Source of the DNA: Prorocentrum cordatum
Lineage: Eukaryota
Direction of reading: 5' to 3'
DNA: 64,000 bases
NCBI GenBank assembly: GCA_963575745.1
Contig: CAUYUJ010000203.1
Coordinates: 186,001 to 250,000 of the forward strand
Below the pieces are notes generated by a model that was not told where the DNA came from, did no database searches, and saw only the letters and a list, made by a program, of their open reading frames with translations. Position numbers and translations under genes: made by a program. Positions within the stretch are counted from its first letter, which is position 1; each line of letters opens with the position of its first letter. Shown here piece by piece: positions 52,300 to 64,000 of the stretch.

Positions 52300-54930
52300 G
52301 TTCCAGCACCGGTGCCCGGTGCCAGATTCCACGCCAACATCGACGCCCGAACCCTTGTCAACACCGACACCAGCACAGCCTCTTGTATCGGAACCGACAC
52401 AAACGCCTGCAGCTAAGCCAACATCGACGCATTTTCTGGCGCCACCACCAGCACCCGCACAGCTTTCCAGATAGTTTTGCTTGCAGCGGCGACAGCATCG
52501 ACTCCTTCATCGACGGCAGCACCGACGCCAGCAAAACCTTCAGCATCGACGCGATCACCGTCGCCTTCGGCTACGATCGCGTCGACGCCTGCGCCGACGT
52601 CGGCATGGGCGCTGGCATCGACGCCGCCATCCACGGTTCCCCGACCGGGGCTCCCGAGTTCGGCCGCATTTCTGCGCGACGTTCCACAGGGACTCCTGCG
52701 GCGACATCATTGGCAACATCATCGCATACAGCACCGTCGCCGAATACGACGACCGTGACGACGCCGCCAGCGGCGCCTGCATCGACTCCAGCACCGTACC
52801 TGGCACAATTTCAATCGACGAAGCCAGCACCGACGCCTAAAACGACGCCTGCCTCGCCGACTGCATCGACGGTAGCGCCGACACCTGGGCACCTCCTTGC
52901 ACCCACGCCAACATCGACGATGACAGCTGCGCCAGCATTGACGTCTCCAGCGACTTGACAACCGACGTTAGCACATTTCTAAGCATCGATGCCAACGCGT
53001 GTCCGCAGCGACGCCAGCATCGACTCTCACATCGGAAAGAGCGTGTTCTACCGCTGCTGGCGGAAAACCGGGGGGGGTCACTACCGGTTCGAACCCCTCC
53101 CCCCCTCCCCCCCCCCTCCGGAAAACCGGGGGGGGTCACTACCGGTTCGAACCCCTCCCCCCCCCCAGTCCATCAAGAAAAGAGGGGGGGTCACTACCGG
53201 TTCGAATCCCCCCCCCCCCTCGAAAACCGAGTGGGGGTGCGGACAGTGGTGGGGACGGTGTTGGTGGGGACAGTGGTGAGGGGACAGCGGGACAGTGGTG
53301 GGGACAGTGGGGGGACAGTGGGACAGTGGTGGGGACGGTAGTGGTGGGGACAGTGGTGGGGACAATGGTGGGAACAGGGGGGACAGTGGACAGTGGTGGG
53401 AACGGTGGTGGTGGGGACAGTGGTGTGGGGACAGTGGGAATGAGGTGGGAACACTAGGACAGTGGAGGGTAAAATGGTGGTGGAGACACTGGTAAAGGCG
53501 GTGGCGAGGACGGCGGTGGGACAATGGGACAGAGGTACAGTGGGGACAGTGGTGGGGACAGTGGGAACAGTGGTGGAAACAGTGGGACAGCTCAGTGGGA
53601 CAGCGGAGGAGTCAGTGGGACAGTGGGGACAATGGGGATAGGCAGTGGTTGGGTCCGTGGAGACAGTGGGGAGAGTGGAACCGTGGTGGGAACAGTTGTG
53701 GGAACAGTGGGGACAGTGCGACAGTGGTGGGGGCATTGGTGGGGACAATAGGGACGGTGGTGGAACCAGTGGGGACAGTGGTGGTGAGGACAGTGGTGCT
53801 GGGAACAACAGTGGGGGATGTGATGCGAGCGGTGGTAGGGACCGGGAGTCGTTTGCTGGCGGTGCGTGGGGGGGGGGGTCGAACCGGTAGTGACCCCCCT
53901 CCGGTTTCGAGGGGGGGGCGGGGGGGGGGGGTTCCAACCCGGTCAGGGGACCCCCCCCCGGTTTTCCGGATCGGAGGGGGGGAGGGGGGGGGGGGGAGGG
54001 GTTCGAACCTGTGAGTGACCCCCCCCGGCTTTGGAGGGGGAGGGGGGGGGGGGTGGGAGGGCTGTTAGGGGAGGGGGGGGGTTTTTGTTTCTTATTGCTA
54101 GTTTTTTTTTTTTTTTGTTTTATTTTTTTGCTTCTATTGCCGGGAGGAGGGGGGGGGGGGGGGCCCCCGGTTTACGGCAGGGGGGGGGATTTTCGGAGGG
54201 GGGGGTGGGCCCCCGGGTTCCGGAGGAAAAGGGCGGCAATTTTCCACAGTAAAGCGGCGGTGGATCACGCTCTCTCTCACATCGACGTCGGCACAGCCTC
54301 CAGCAGCGACCCAAGCATCGGCGCATGCAGCGACGCCAGCACCGAGGTCAGCACCACTACCAGCGCAGCCGCCCAAACCGACGCCAATACCTACGCTTTC
54401 AGCGCCGCCAGCACTGGCGCCGACGTCGACGTCAGCACCGACGCCACCAAAACATGAAGCACCTACGCCAAAAAAGACGCCTAAATGGATTTCAGCATCC
54501 ACGCTTGCATCGGTTTTTGTGCCGACCACACCGCGCCCTCCAGCATCGTTGCCAGCGCTGACACCAGCACGCCTTCCAGCTCTTCCAGCATCGACCCCGA
54601 CTTCGTCGGTGACTCAGCGCGGATTCCAGCATTGGCGTCAACGCCCACGCCTGCCGCGACGCCAGCACAATCCGCACATATACAACCAAACAACCAGCGT
54701 CGTTGCCGGCAACGACGCCCCCATCGACGCAGGCGTCGACGCCTGCGTCGTCGGCGCTGACGCCGGCGTCGACGGAAGCACCGGCGGCCCCCCGACCGCG
54801 GGTCTTGCGTCTGGCCACCGCGCTGGACTGACGCGCCGCGACGACGCCAGCGTCAATGTTATCGTCAGCGAGGCCGGCGACTCCAGCGCCGACGCAAAGC
54901 GCGACGCCTGCGACGGCGCCGGCGTCGACC
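52300..54930 (+). repeat. Degenerate CAGCA(T/C)CGACGCC-rich repeat, split by the 53035-54276 insertion
   Basis: The same motif soup occurs on both sides of the insertion. Confidence 0.6.
53035..54276. mobile_element. Non-autonomous TIR DNA transposon with subterminal inverted arrays and a (GGGGACAGTGGT)n core
   Basis: 24-bp TIRs 53035-53058 / 54253-54276 (20/24); TSD TCACATCG at 53027-53034 and 54277-54284. Confidence 0.85.
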
Positions 54931-55404
54931 AGGGCCGGCCGATGCTTTCAAGTCCTGCCCCGCCACTACGCGTCGGACTGGCGCCTTGTCCGGCGGGGCT
55001 GCTAGGATGCCGCCGCCCCGGCGTCCCTGGAGCGGGCTGCGCTCGATTTGACGGCCCGCGCCGCCCTAGCCCCCGCGGGCCCCCCCACGCGCGCCGGCAG
55101 GAGGGGGCGGAAGACGACGCCGGGGAGGTGGAGGAGGTGAAGATGAATGACGAGGAGGGGGGGCAGCAGGAGGGGGGCGGCGACGACGCGGGCGTGCACG
55201 GGGACGTGGAGGCCGAGGTTTAAGGGGGGGGTGGGGCTGAGCACCGGCGGGGATAGCAAGGGGGCGTTGAGCAGGATAACCCCGGGAAGCACTCGAGAAC
55301 CCCCCCACACCACCCGCACCCCTCATCCGGTGAAAGTGTAACGCATCCGGCACCCTGGAAGCGCCACCTCGGCGCCGGAGGAACCCGCAGAGAGCGCTCG
55401 GGGC

Positions 55405-55560
55405 CATGCTGGGCCTTGCTGAGCCCTGCTTAGCTCCCGCTAAGCCCTGCTATGCAATGATAAGCCAGGCTCGCCCCCTGCTGATCCCTGCCGCGCCCTG
55501 CTAAGCCCATGCCGAGCCTTGCTGGCCCCTGCTGAGCGCTGCTGAGCCCTGCCGAGCACT
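55405..55560. repeat. Degenerate (GAGCCCTGCT)n minisatellite
   Basis: Directly visible. Confidence 0.7.
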
Positions 55561-56263
55561 TCCAAACCTGTGCTGGCCCGTAACATGTCCAAGGAATGCA
55601 CGGCATATCCAAAAGGCATCCCCGAGGATTTCTTCTCGCGCGTCGCGCGGCGCGCGACGCGCCGCGGAACTTATTTTATGATTTGCGCGAGGCGCTAAAG
55701 ATATTCTGCGAAAACGGCCCCCCTGGAAATATTAAATCTCGGCGAGGTGCCAGCGATGACCCCGGGGGGGTTCTCGGAGGCGTCCTCGGGTTAGGGATGG
55801 CGGGGCTGCGCCGCGGATGGCGCGGAACAAGAGAGCAAGAGGGGGACATGGGGGAGGGGCGCGTACTTGGACAAGGTGGTGATTTGAGGGTGGTAGAGGT
55901 GGTCGCGGCCCACCCCGTGCTGTCGTAAAACGACGCGAAGATCGGGACAAAATCGGATCGGGATAACTCGAAATCTCTGAGAATCGGCGGGTTTGGAGGA
56001 TGTATTGGGCGCCGCGGCCGCTCCAGAGCGTTCCGGAACGCTCTGAGAGCGCTCCAGAACGCTCTGGAGCGATTTATCCCGATCCTAGCCCTGTTTTGTA
56101 TCGCTGCTTCTGACGCCCACCACTGCGTTCTGCTCTCCTCAGGCTGCCCGCCAGACGCGCGCCTCGGAGTCGGGGGCCCCGGGCCAATGGCGCGCCCCTC
56201 CTCGATCCGTGGACCCTGACCAGTCAGCATTCGGTGCCGTCGATACTGGCGCGCATCCGAGGA

Positions 56264-56294
<31 letters not shown>

Positions 56295-58140
56295 GAGGAG
56301 GAGGAGGAGGAGGAGGAGGAGGACACAAAAAAAGGATTCCTTCAACGCGATAGAATTTTACGGCAACGACAATTCGTCGCCGCCCGCTCGGGCACGAAGG
56401 GCGCGCGACGCCGCCTGGCGCTGGAGTCCTGCGGGCTTGCCCTGACAGCGGCCAGTGCGACCCAGGACCTGCGCATCGTTGGCACGATTGCCGCTGCGCG
56501 CATGAGGGGCAGCGAACTTTGCGCAAACAGTTGGCTGCTTCCAGGGCGATGGTCAGCTCCCGTTGAGCATCTAAAGGTAATGTTTCTCTGCGTTCCTCGA
56601 TCTTCTCGGGCCCCTGGAGGGCCACTTGCGGCCGCGGCTGGATCCCCATTGAAATTCCCGCCCGGAGGCGAGCGGCCGAGAGACGAGATTTCCGACAACG
56701 TGACTTTTCAATCCCAGCTTTTCACCTAAATCTGGGCATCCCGGAGCAGCCCCCCGCCTCGCCCGTCGCCGCGTCGCCGCGCCCTCTCCTCTGAAGGGGG
56801 GAGGGGGGCGAAGACGGAAAGCGGCGAGGGGCGATGAATATTCGAGCGAGCGTCGACTTGAGAAGTGCACGGAACTCGAGGAGGATAACGAGACAAAACA
56901 AGATTACCACGAGCGCGGCGCGATGTCCAGCTTGCAGGGTTCTAGTTCCATCCGCGATCGCGAACAATTTTGCCCCGACCCGGCATCGCGCCGACGCAGC
57001 TGCGATCCGATCCGACTCGTGAGTCGGCGACGCCGGGGCTCGACAAGCGCGCGGAGGAGGAGCGCGGGGGGGGGAATGGGGGGAGGAGGAGGAGGAGGAG
57101 GAGGAGGAGGAGGAGGAGGAGGAGGAGGAGGAGGAGGAGGAGGAGGATGGGGGCTAAGTTTCGAGGGGCGCGACGTAAAGAGGGCGCGGGTCCGAGGTCG
57201 ACCAGTGATCGCGGGCAATATGATTTCGATCCGATTCCTGCCGTTCATGTGCCATTGCGGGCGTTTTGGCCGTTCGGGGCCCTTTCGGGGAGTTTTGGGT
57301 GTTTTCGGGGGGCCTCTCGGGCTTTTGGGGGCCCTTTTGGAGAACTTCCCGGGGGGCGTTTGAGAGCTTTTGGGAAGTTGTTGGGGGTCACCTGGAGGGT
57401 TCCTGGAGACTTCTCGGGGCTGAAGGCTCGAATTATCCGTTCGGGCCCTCCGTCTGGGCCCCCTTTCGAAGCCCTCTCGGGGTGTCTGAAAACCTTCTTG
57501 GGCGCTGAACAAGGGATCGTTCGGCGATGCGGGTTTCTCGTGGACCCGGGCGAAAGCTTCTCGTTGCATTCGTGGACGGTTTCTGCGTTTGGTCTGAAGT
57601 TCGGGAGACCCCGGGAGGGTGGCATCTTGGCCCGGGACCCCCCCGGGGACCCCCTGCGGGACACCCCCCCCCGCGGGAAAATGATCAAGGGAAGAGGTTC
57701 CCTTTCGGTTCAACTACGCACGAGGATATTCAATTTCGTTTTGGGGTGGCGCGCCTAAGGAGGAGAGCCCGAGGAAAGAGGGGGAACAGCGACGACGACG
57801 ACGACGAAGACGACGAACGTAAGAGCCCTTCCCACATGCCGACAGGGTCGGCGGATTTAATATGATGCTATACGCCTTCCCGCCCCATGTCCACCCCCAT
57901 AAGATCCATAATGATAGCTGATCCATTACCAGAGGCGCACCAAGACGGCCGGCCCCACGGGCAAGCCAGTTGTACAAGGGCCCCGTTTGAATTTTCCAGG
58001 CGATGGTCCCAACCATATGCAAGCGTGACTGCCGCGATGCAGTTGGGACGAAAGAGGGGGAATTCCTTAAGAGGCCAGGCGATGTGTCTGGTGCGCCGTG
58101 GTGGGCACGGGGGATGCACGCGAACCCTGCCACCAAAACC

Positions 58141-58159
58141 CCTTTCTTTTTCTTTTTTT

Positions 58160-58191
<32 letters not shown>

Positions 58192-58203
58192 TTTTTTTTT
58201 GTT

Positions 58204-58241
<38 letters not shown>

Positions 58242-58263
58242 TTTTTTTTTTTCGTTTTTTTTT

Positions 58264-58301
<38 letters not shown>

Positions 58302-58310
58302 TTTTTTTGT

Positions 58311-58370
<60 letters not shown>

Positions 58371-58503
58371 TTTTTTCTTTTTTTTTCTTTTTTTCTTTTT
58401 TTTTTTTTCTTTTTTTTTTTTTTTCTTTGTTTTTTTTTTTTTTTTTTTCGTTTGTTTTTCTTTTTTTTTTCTTTTTTTTTTTTTGTTTTTTTTTCTTTTT
58501 TTT
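58141..58503. repeat. T-rich near-homopolymer tract
   Basis: About 360 nt, almost all T. Confidence 0.95.
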
Positions 58504-58509
58504 CCCTCA

Positions 58510-59292
58510 ATGGAGCTATCCGTGGGGCCACGGAACGTGTGAGGGGCGCGCCGATATCGGCGGGAAAATGCATGCACACCTTGTCACAAGAGCCTTCGGT
58601 GGAGTTCCATGTGGCCCCCGCGAATTGTGTGAAGGGTGTGCCGAAGTGGTCGTGGGGACGCATGCGGACCCTGCTACACGGGTTTTCGGTGGAGCTCTTT
58701 GTGGGGCCACGAAGCTAGTGAGGGATGCGCCCGAATCGGCCGGAAAACATGCGACGCTTGCCACAGGAGCCTTCGGTGTAGCCTTCTCTGTGGGGCCACG
58801 AAGCGTGTGAGTGGTGTGCCGGGAGTGCCGACATGGGCGAGGGAACGCACCCGAACTCTGCCACAGGAGCCTTCAGTGAAGTTTCCAGTGGGGCCACGAA
58901 GCGTGTGAGGGATGTATCGAAGTATCCATGGGACGCATGCGAACATTGCCGCAAAAAGACTGTTGATGGAATTCCTGGTGTGGCCATGAAACATGTGAAG
59001 GGGTGCGCCGGAACGAACGTGGGAGGCATATACGAATTGTGCCACAGACCCTCGGTGGAGCTCCTGATGGGGGCCACGAGCCGCGCGAAGGGCGCGCCAG
59101 CGTGAGCGGGGGGGCGCACTGCCACAGGAACCTTCGTGCTGGGCAACGGAACGTGTGAGGGGTGCGCCACAAGAGCTTTCGGTGGAGCTCTCCGTGGGCC
59201 AAGAAGATGGTGAGAGGTGCGCCGAAGTGGTCGGGGGGGCGCATCAGAACCCTGCTGCAAGATTCTTCGGTGGAGTTCCCTGTGGGGGCACG
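58510..59292. repeat. Degenerate ~90-bp tandem repeat (GCCACAGGAGCCTTCGGTGGAG...GGGGCCACGAAGCGTGTGAGG)
   Basis: About 8 diverged units. Confidence 0.8.
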
Positions 59293-60329
59293 AACAAAAA
59301 AAACATGCGGACGGAGGAGGCAAGGACAGAAAACGGAGGAATCCTGGAGGAGGAGGAGGAGGAGGAGGAGGAGGAGGAGGAGGAGGAGGAGGAGGAGGAG
59401 GATCTCGAGGAGGAGGGGGAGGAGGAGGAAGAGTCTGAGGAGAGGAGACGCGGGGCGCCGTGGGTCCAAAACGGGGACTCGACACCACAGGACGGTTGGT
59501 GAAAAAATTGAACCGACCTCCAGCAGTGCAGGACTTGCTTGAATAAGGGAAACGTGGGAAATTCTTCGCAAAACGCATTGTCCAGGAGCCTACTATGGAC
59601 TTTGGTGCCAGCGTAAGGCGCGAGGACAAGGCGAGTGAAGGAAGGAGTAGGAGCTCACACCGAGCACGGCTAATGGTGAAACGTGATGACGAGGGGAAGG
59701 GGGGACCGAACGGACAGACACATGAACGGAGCATTGAAGGAGTCAGTCTGCAGACTTGCGTGTGATCGGGCGTAAACAAGATGAGCATGTGGCGCATGCT
59801 GTGGGCAAGCGCGCACGCATCGCGCGCGGTTCTCGCTGAGCAGGGTGTCTTTTGCCGTGGATGTCCATTGGTAATGTGGGCATCCTTGCGATATGGACTT
59901 TAAGTGAACTTCATCACAGATGGGCTAGCACATGCATGTACGTGGTGCCTTGGGTGTCGGGGGATCAACCAGACGCCCCGTTAGGGGACAGTTGCGACTC
60001 ATTATTGGTGACCCCGTGGAGTATAGTTATGAGTGTTTGTCGTGACGGCTTGTTGTTTGTTTCGAGATAGGCCCGCCACTCAAATTCAATTATAATTTGC
60101 AGAGTTTTCCCAGCCCAATTCCTGTTCCACCTCAAGTTTACCATGGCACGATATTTGGTTTGGCAATCTACCTTTTGGGAAAGGTAATGCGTTCCACGGT
60201 ATGGCCATGTATTCCTTGAGTGCGGCATTGCATTATTTGGGTATGGCAGTCATTTCACGGGGTATGGCAACGGGCCCCTTTTGCATTCTAACCGTAGCCA
60301 TGGGTATGGCAGTGTCTCCATGTGGTATG

Positions 60330-61030
60330 GTCTAGTGGTGTCCCAGGGAGGGCAATGACAGCCGCTGGAGTCCTATGGAGACCAATCGAGCCCAACGGTG
60401 CCCGATGGAGTTCCATGAGATCCAATGGTAGCCGATGGATTCGTATGGAGCGCAATAGAAGGTTATGGGTTTTCGAACGGAGTCCAACGGTGTCCACTGT
60501 AGTCACGTGGGGGATTCCGTTGAACCAATGGAGTCGTATTCAGTCCAATTGTGTCAACAGTCTTTCTTGAGTCGTACGGATCCCATTTGAACCAATGGAG
60601 TTCCATTGGGTCAAAAGCAGTCCTTCTGAGTAGTCCAATGGGGCCTCATGGGTGTCCGAATGGAATATTGTGTCGACAAATGGAGTCCCCTAAAGCCCAG
60701 TGGGCCAGTCGAGTCTAATCCAGGCCAGGAGAGCCCCATGTAGTCGTATGGAGTCCAGTGGAGTCGTATGGAGTCTAATGGAGTCCTATGTAGTGCTATG
60801 GGGTGCCCTGGAGTTGTATGTGTTCCTTTGGTGGTGTCCGATGGAGCCCATGCATTCGAGTGTAATCGTAGTGGTATCCAACGCAGGATGTCGTGGGGGG
60901 GTTTCAATGGGGTCGAATGGAGTCTTGTAGTGTCTGGTGAAGTCCGATGCAGTTCATTGCAGCCCGAGAGAGATCAATTTATTACATTGGAGTCCGCTGG
61001 ATTCCCACTGGGACCAATGGAGTCCTATGG
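60330..61030. repeat. Degenerate ~10-bp (ATGGAGTCCA-like) tandem repeat
   Basis: Recurrent ATGGAGTC / GTCCAATGG. Confidence 0.65.
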
Positions 61031-62303
61031 GGAGATAGGTTCCCTTCTGCCGACTGGAAGTGTCATTGCATTGTGTTGCGCTGTTCTGCAGTTTTTTTTC
61101 AAAGGCACCGCGTTGGTTTGCACTGTGTTGCGTGGCCTCGCATTGTTTCCGTTGACGTCCGCTGTCTTTCTTGCATTGGTTTGCAACAGGTTGTATCGAT
61201 TCTATAGGCTTGCGCCACATCCGCCGACCCCTCATCTTGGCGGTCTTGCCGGAACCTCGGGTTCACAGCCCGCAGTTGCCAGGCGTATCAGTGCGGCGGC
61301 GCGTGCAAGAGAAGACTACCGACGTCGGCGTTATCCGGGAACCCTGCCAACGTCGCACGCGATGCAAAAAAGGGCACCCTGATATGCAAGACCTGCAAAT
61401 GATGCCCAATCGGGGGCGCGCGTGCGGGGGAGGACAGGGGGGAGGGGGAGAGAGGGATGGGGGGTGAGGCGGAGGATGGGGGGAGAAGAATCGGGGAGGA
61501 AGAGGAGGAGGCGGGGGAGGAAGAGGAGGAGTGGGCGAGGAGGAGGTGGAGGAGGAGGAGAAGAGGGGGAGGACGGGGACACAGAGACGAAACTCTGGGA
61601 TATGTGCTATTGGTTAGAAACTTGTTGTATGTGTATAGGGATCTCGCGGCACGCCTCTCGGGGACCTTTGGAAAGCAGTTTTGAACCCACCTGGCGGCCG
61701 AGGTGGAGGAGAAGGAGGAGGAGAAGGAGGAAGGGGACACAGAAACAAGGCTCTGGGTTATGGGTTTTGGGTTAGGGCCGTCTTGCACCAGCTTGGGACC
61801 AATTTGGAGACAGGTTTTGCCGTCTTGGGGTCGTCTTAGGCCGAATTGGGAGGCGTCCTGGGCCGTGTTGGGAATCTCTGGGGCCGTCTTGAGGCCCTCT
61901 TGGGGCGCCGTGGGGCGATCTTGGAGGCTCTTTGGGCTACGTGAGCCGACGGAAGCCGGGAAAGGCAACAATTGCAAACATGTTCAACAACGCAATGGAA
62001 ATGTAATGAAATGCGTAATGTGCGCCTCTTTCAGATGTCCTGGGGTCTTCTTGGAGACTTCGTGGGCGATAGTGAAAGCCTTGTCGGCCATCTTGAGGCC
62101 ATTTTGGGCCGTCTTCGAACGTTCTTGGGCCGTGTTGGAGCCATCTTGGGCCGTTTTGGAGCCATCCTGGGCCGTTTTGGAGCAATCTTGGCCTCGAGAG
62201 CGCGATTCATTTTTTTGTGCGCAAACGCAACCCCGCCACCGTGCCTGGGTTGTTGATATGAGACTTGTGCGGTGATCGTTGGGATCTCTTGGGGGGCTTT
62301 TCG

Positions 62304-62403
62304 NNNNNNNNNNNNNNNNNNNNNNNNNNNNNNNNNNNNNNNNNNNNNNNNNNNNNNNNNNNNNNNNNNNNNNNNNNNNNNNNNNNNNNNNNNNNNNNNN
62401 NNN
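62304..62403. other. Assembly gap (100 N)
   Basis: Run of N. Confidence 1.
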
Positions 62404-63729
62404 GAGGGGCGAGAAGGAGGCAGCACGTGGGGCGACGGGAAACGGGGCCACCGTCTCCCCCAGACCCCTCCCCTCCCTTTCCGCCTCACGCTCCTCTCCC
62501 CTCCTCCTCACCCTCCTCCACCATCCGCCCTCCTGCTTCTCACCTTCCCCCCGCCGCTGCCCACCTTCCTCCTCTTCCTCCTCCTGCCCCGCCGCCGCCC
62601 TCCTTCCTCCTCCTCCTCCTCCTGCTCATCCTCCCTCCCCGTCGCCCTCCTCCCCTCCTCGTTCTCTTCCCCCCTCCGCCTTCCTCCTCGTCTCCTCCTC
62701 CTCCTCCTCCGCCTCCTCCTCCCTTCTCCCCCTGCTCCTCCTCCTCCTCCTCCTCCTCCTCCTCCTCATCCTCCTACTCAGTATCTTCCTCCACCTCCTG
62801 CTCCTCTCCCAATCGGGAAAGAGAGGGGACGAAGAAGGGACCGTCCTGGACGACTCGGGGCTCGCCTCTCGGGAGCGCCCTGGGGTCTCTCCTCCGAAAA
62901 GGCGCCGGGTCGGTCGGGGCCTGCTCGAGCCCTATCCGGGAGCGGGAGCAGAAGCGAAACGCCACAGCCCGCCTGTACCCACCAGGGCATGGAGTGACGT
63001 CCTTAGCCTCGCAGATGGTTCGCCTCAGGGCCACGTCATGGTATCGTGGATGATCTTGTCCAGGCGATATGGTGCTCTGTTCGCCTTCTGATTGGAGGCA
63101 GGCACGGGGGGGTTCTTTGAGGTCGCGCGGGGGCTCTGGACGTCCCCCCCGACGTCACGATTTCGTCAACGACGTGGAACCCCAGGATCCTAGACCCATT
63201 CCCCGAGACAAATTTTGTCCCGGGGCTCGGCGAAGGCCCTCAAAGGCCGAACACAGCACAATCCTTGCGTCGTGCCTTTTCCCCCGGTAGCGCGTTGCTA
63301 GAGGGTTCTCCTGGGGCAGGAAAGGATTACAGAAGAGCCCCACAAGGGGGACGGGGAGCCGTAGACCGCCCACTGCGGCAGCTGTTTCGCCCGAGGTTTC
63401 ATCGCACACGATTCAGGAAACGTGCTCTCGCCTCGATGCTGGCTGCACTTTTGGTCTGGGTGGCCACGAGCCCTGGTAGACCAACATGCACGTGGCCGTG
63501 CTCCCACCCCCGTCCCGGGCTGCATCTTCCCTGGGAGCCCCTAGGAATGTATCGGCATGCACGTTCTCGCCCCCGGGCCCCGCTCCTCGATCCCCGCCTC
63601 TTCACCTGTTGCTGCTAGTTCGGGTGCTCTTTGCTGAAATAGAATTCTCACAACGAGGAGGGAGGGGAGGGGGAGGAAGACGTGGGGAGGAAGATGAGGA
63701 GGAGGTGGAGGAGGAGGCGGAGGAGGAGG

Positions 63730-63765
<36 letters not shown>

Positions 63766-64000
63766 AGGAGGAGGAGGAGGCGGAGCAGGAGGCGGAGGAG
63801 GAGGAGGCGGAGGAGGAGGAGGAGCAGGAGGAGCAGGAGGAGGAGAGGAGGAGCTCCCCGGAGCCCAGAGGAACGGCGCGGCGCGGCGCGGCCGTGGCGG
63901 CCCGCGGCGGCGCCTCGCCAACGCTCAAACGGCGGCGTTGCACTCCGACGGGCTGCGGCGACGACCCGCCGGAGCCTGGCGCCGTGCCGCCCGCGGGGCG

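Noticed and set aside
58141..58503. Poly(A) tail of a minus-strand retrocopy
   Set aside because: No TSD or retro-ORF adjacent; may be a low-quality consensus of a (TTC)n tract.
58510..59292. CRISPR-like regularly spaced repeats
   Set aside because: Units are degenerate over their whole length with no unique spacers, no cas genes, and the context is eukaryotic.
60291..60301. ACCGTAGCCAT (SL 5' half)
   Set aside because: Only 11 nt, within a TATGGCA-rich repeat; could be chance.

Overview
Eukaryotic, GC-rich, microsatellite-dense genomic DNA, most likely dinoflagellate (Prorocentrum/Symbiodiniaceae-like). This is inferred from DinoSL relicts, GC/GA splice donors and tiny exons in very large introns. 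One host gene is recognisable: a polycystin-2/TRPP-like cation channel on the + strand, seen as about 8 short exons (roughly 47-87 nt) between ~3.3 kb and ~50.8 kb. Its introns are filled with decayed mobile DNA: (i) a ~8-kb minus-strand LINE (~19980-28200) ordered ORF1(Zn finger, coiled coil)-RNase H-AP endonuclease-RT-C2H2 fingers-C5 cytosine methyltransferase-RPA32-binding-like helix; (ii) a second near-full-length minus-strand LINE (33694-40201) starting with a spliced-leader relict and ending in (GGA)n; (iii) a + strand LINE 3' fragment, a copia RNase H fragment, several MITE-like elements and many simple or minisatellite repeats. All retroelement ORFs are frameshifted. Most of the six-frame ORF track is low-complexity noise. 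There are two 100-N assembly gaps. All protein-family calls come from motif recognition by eye; no database searches were run.
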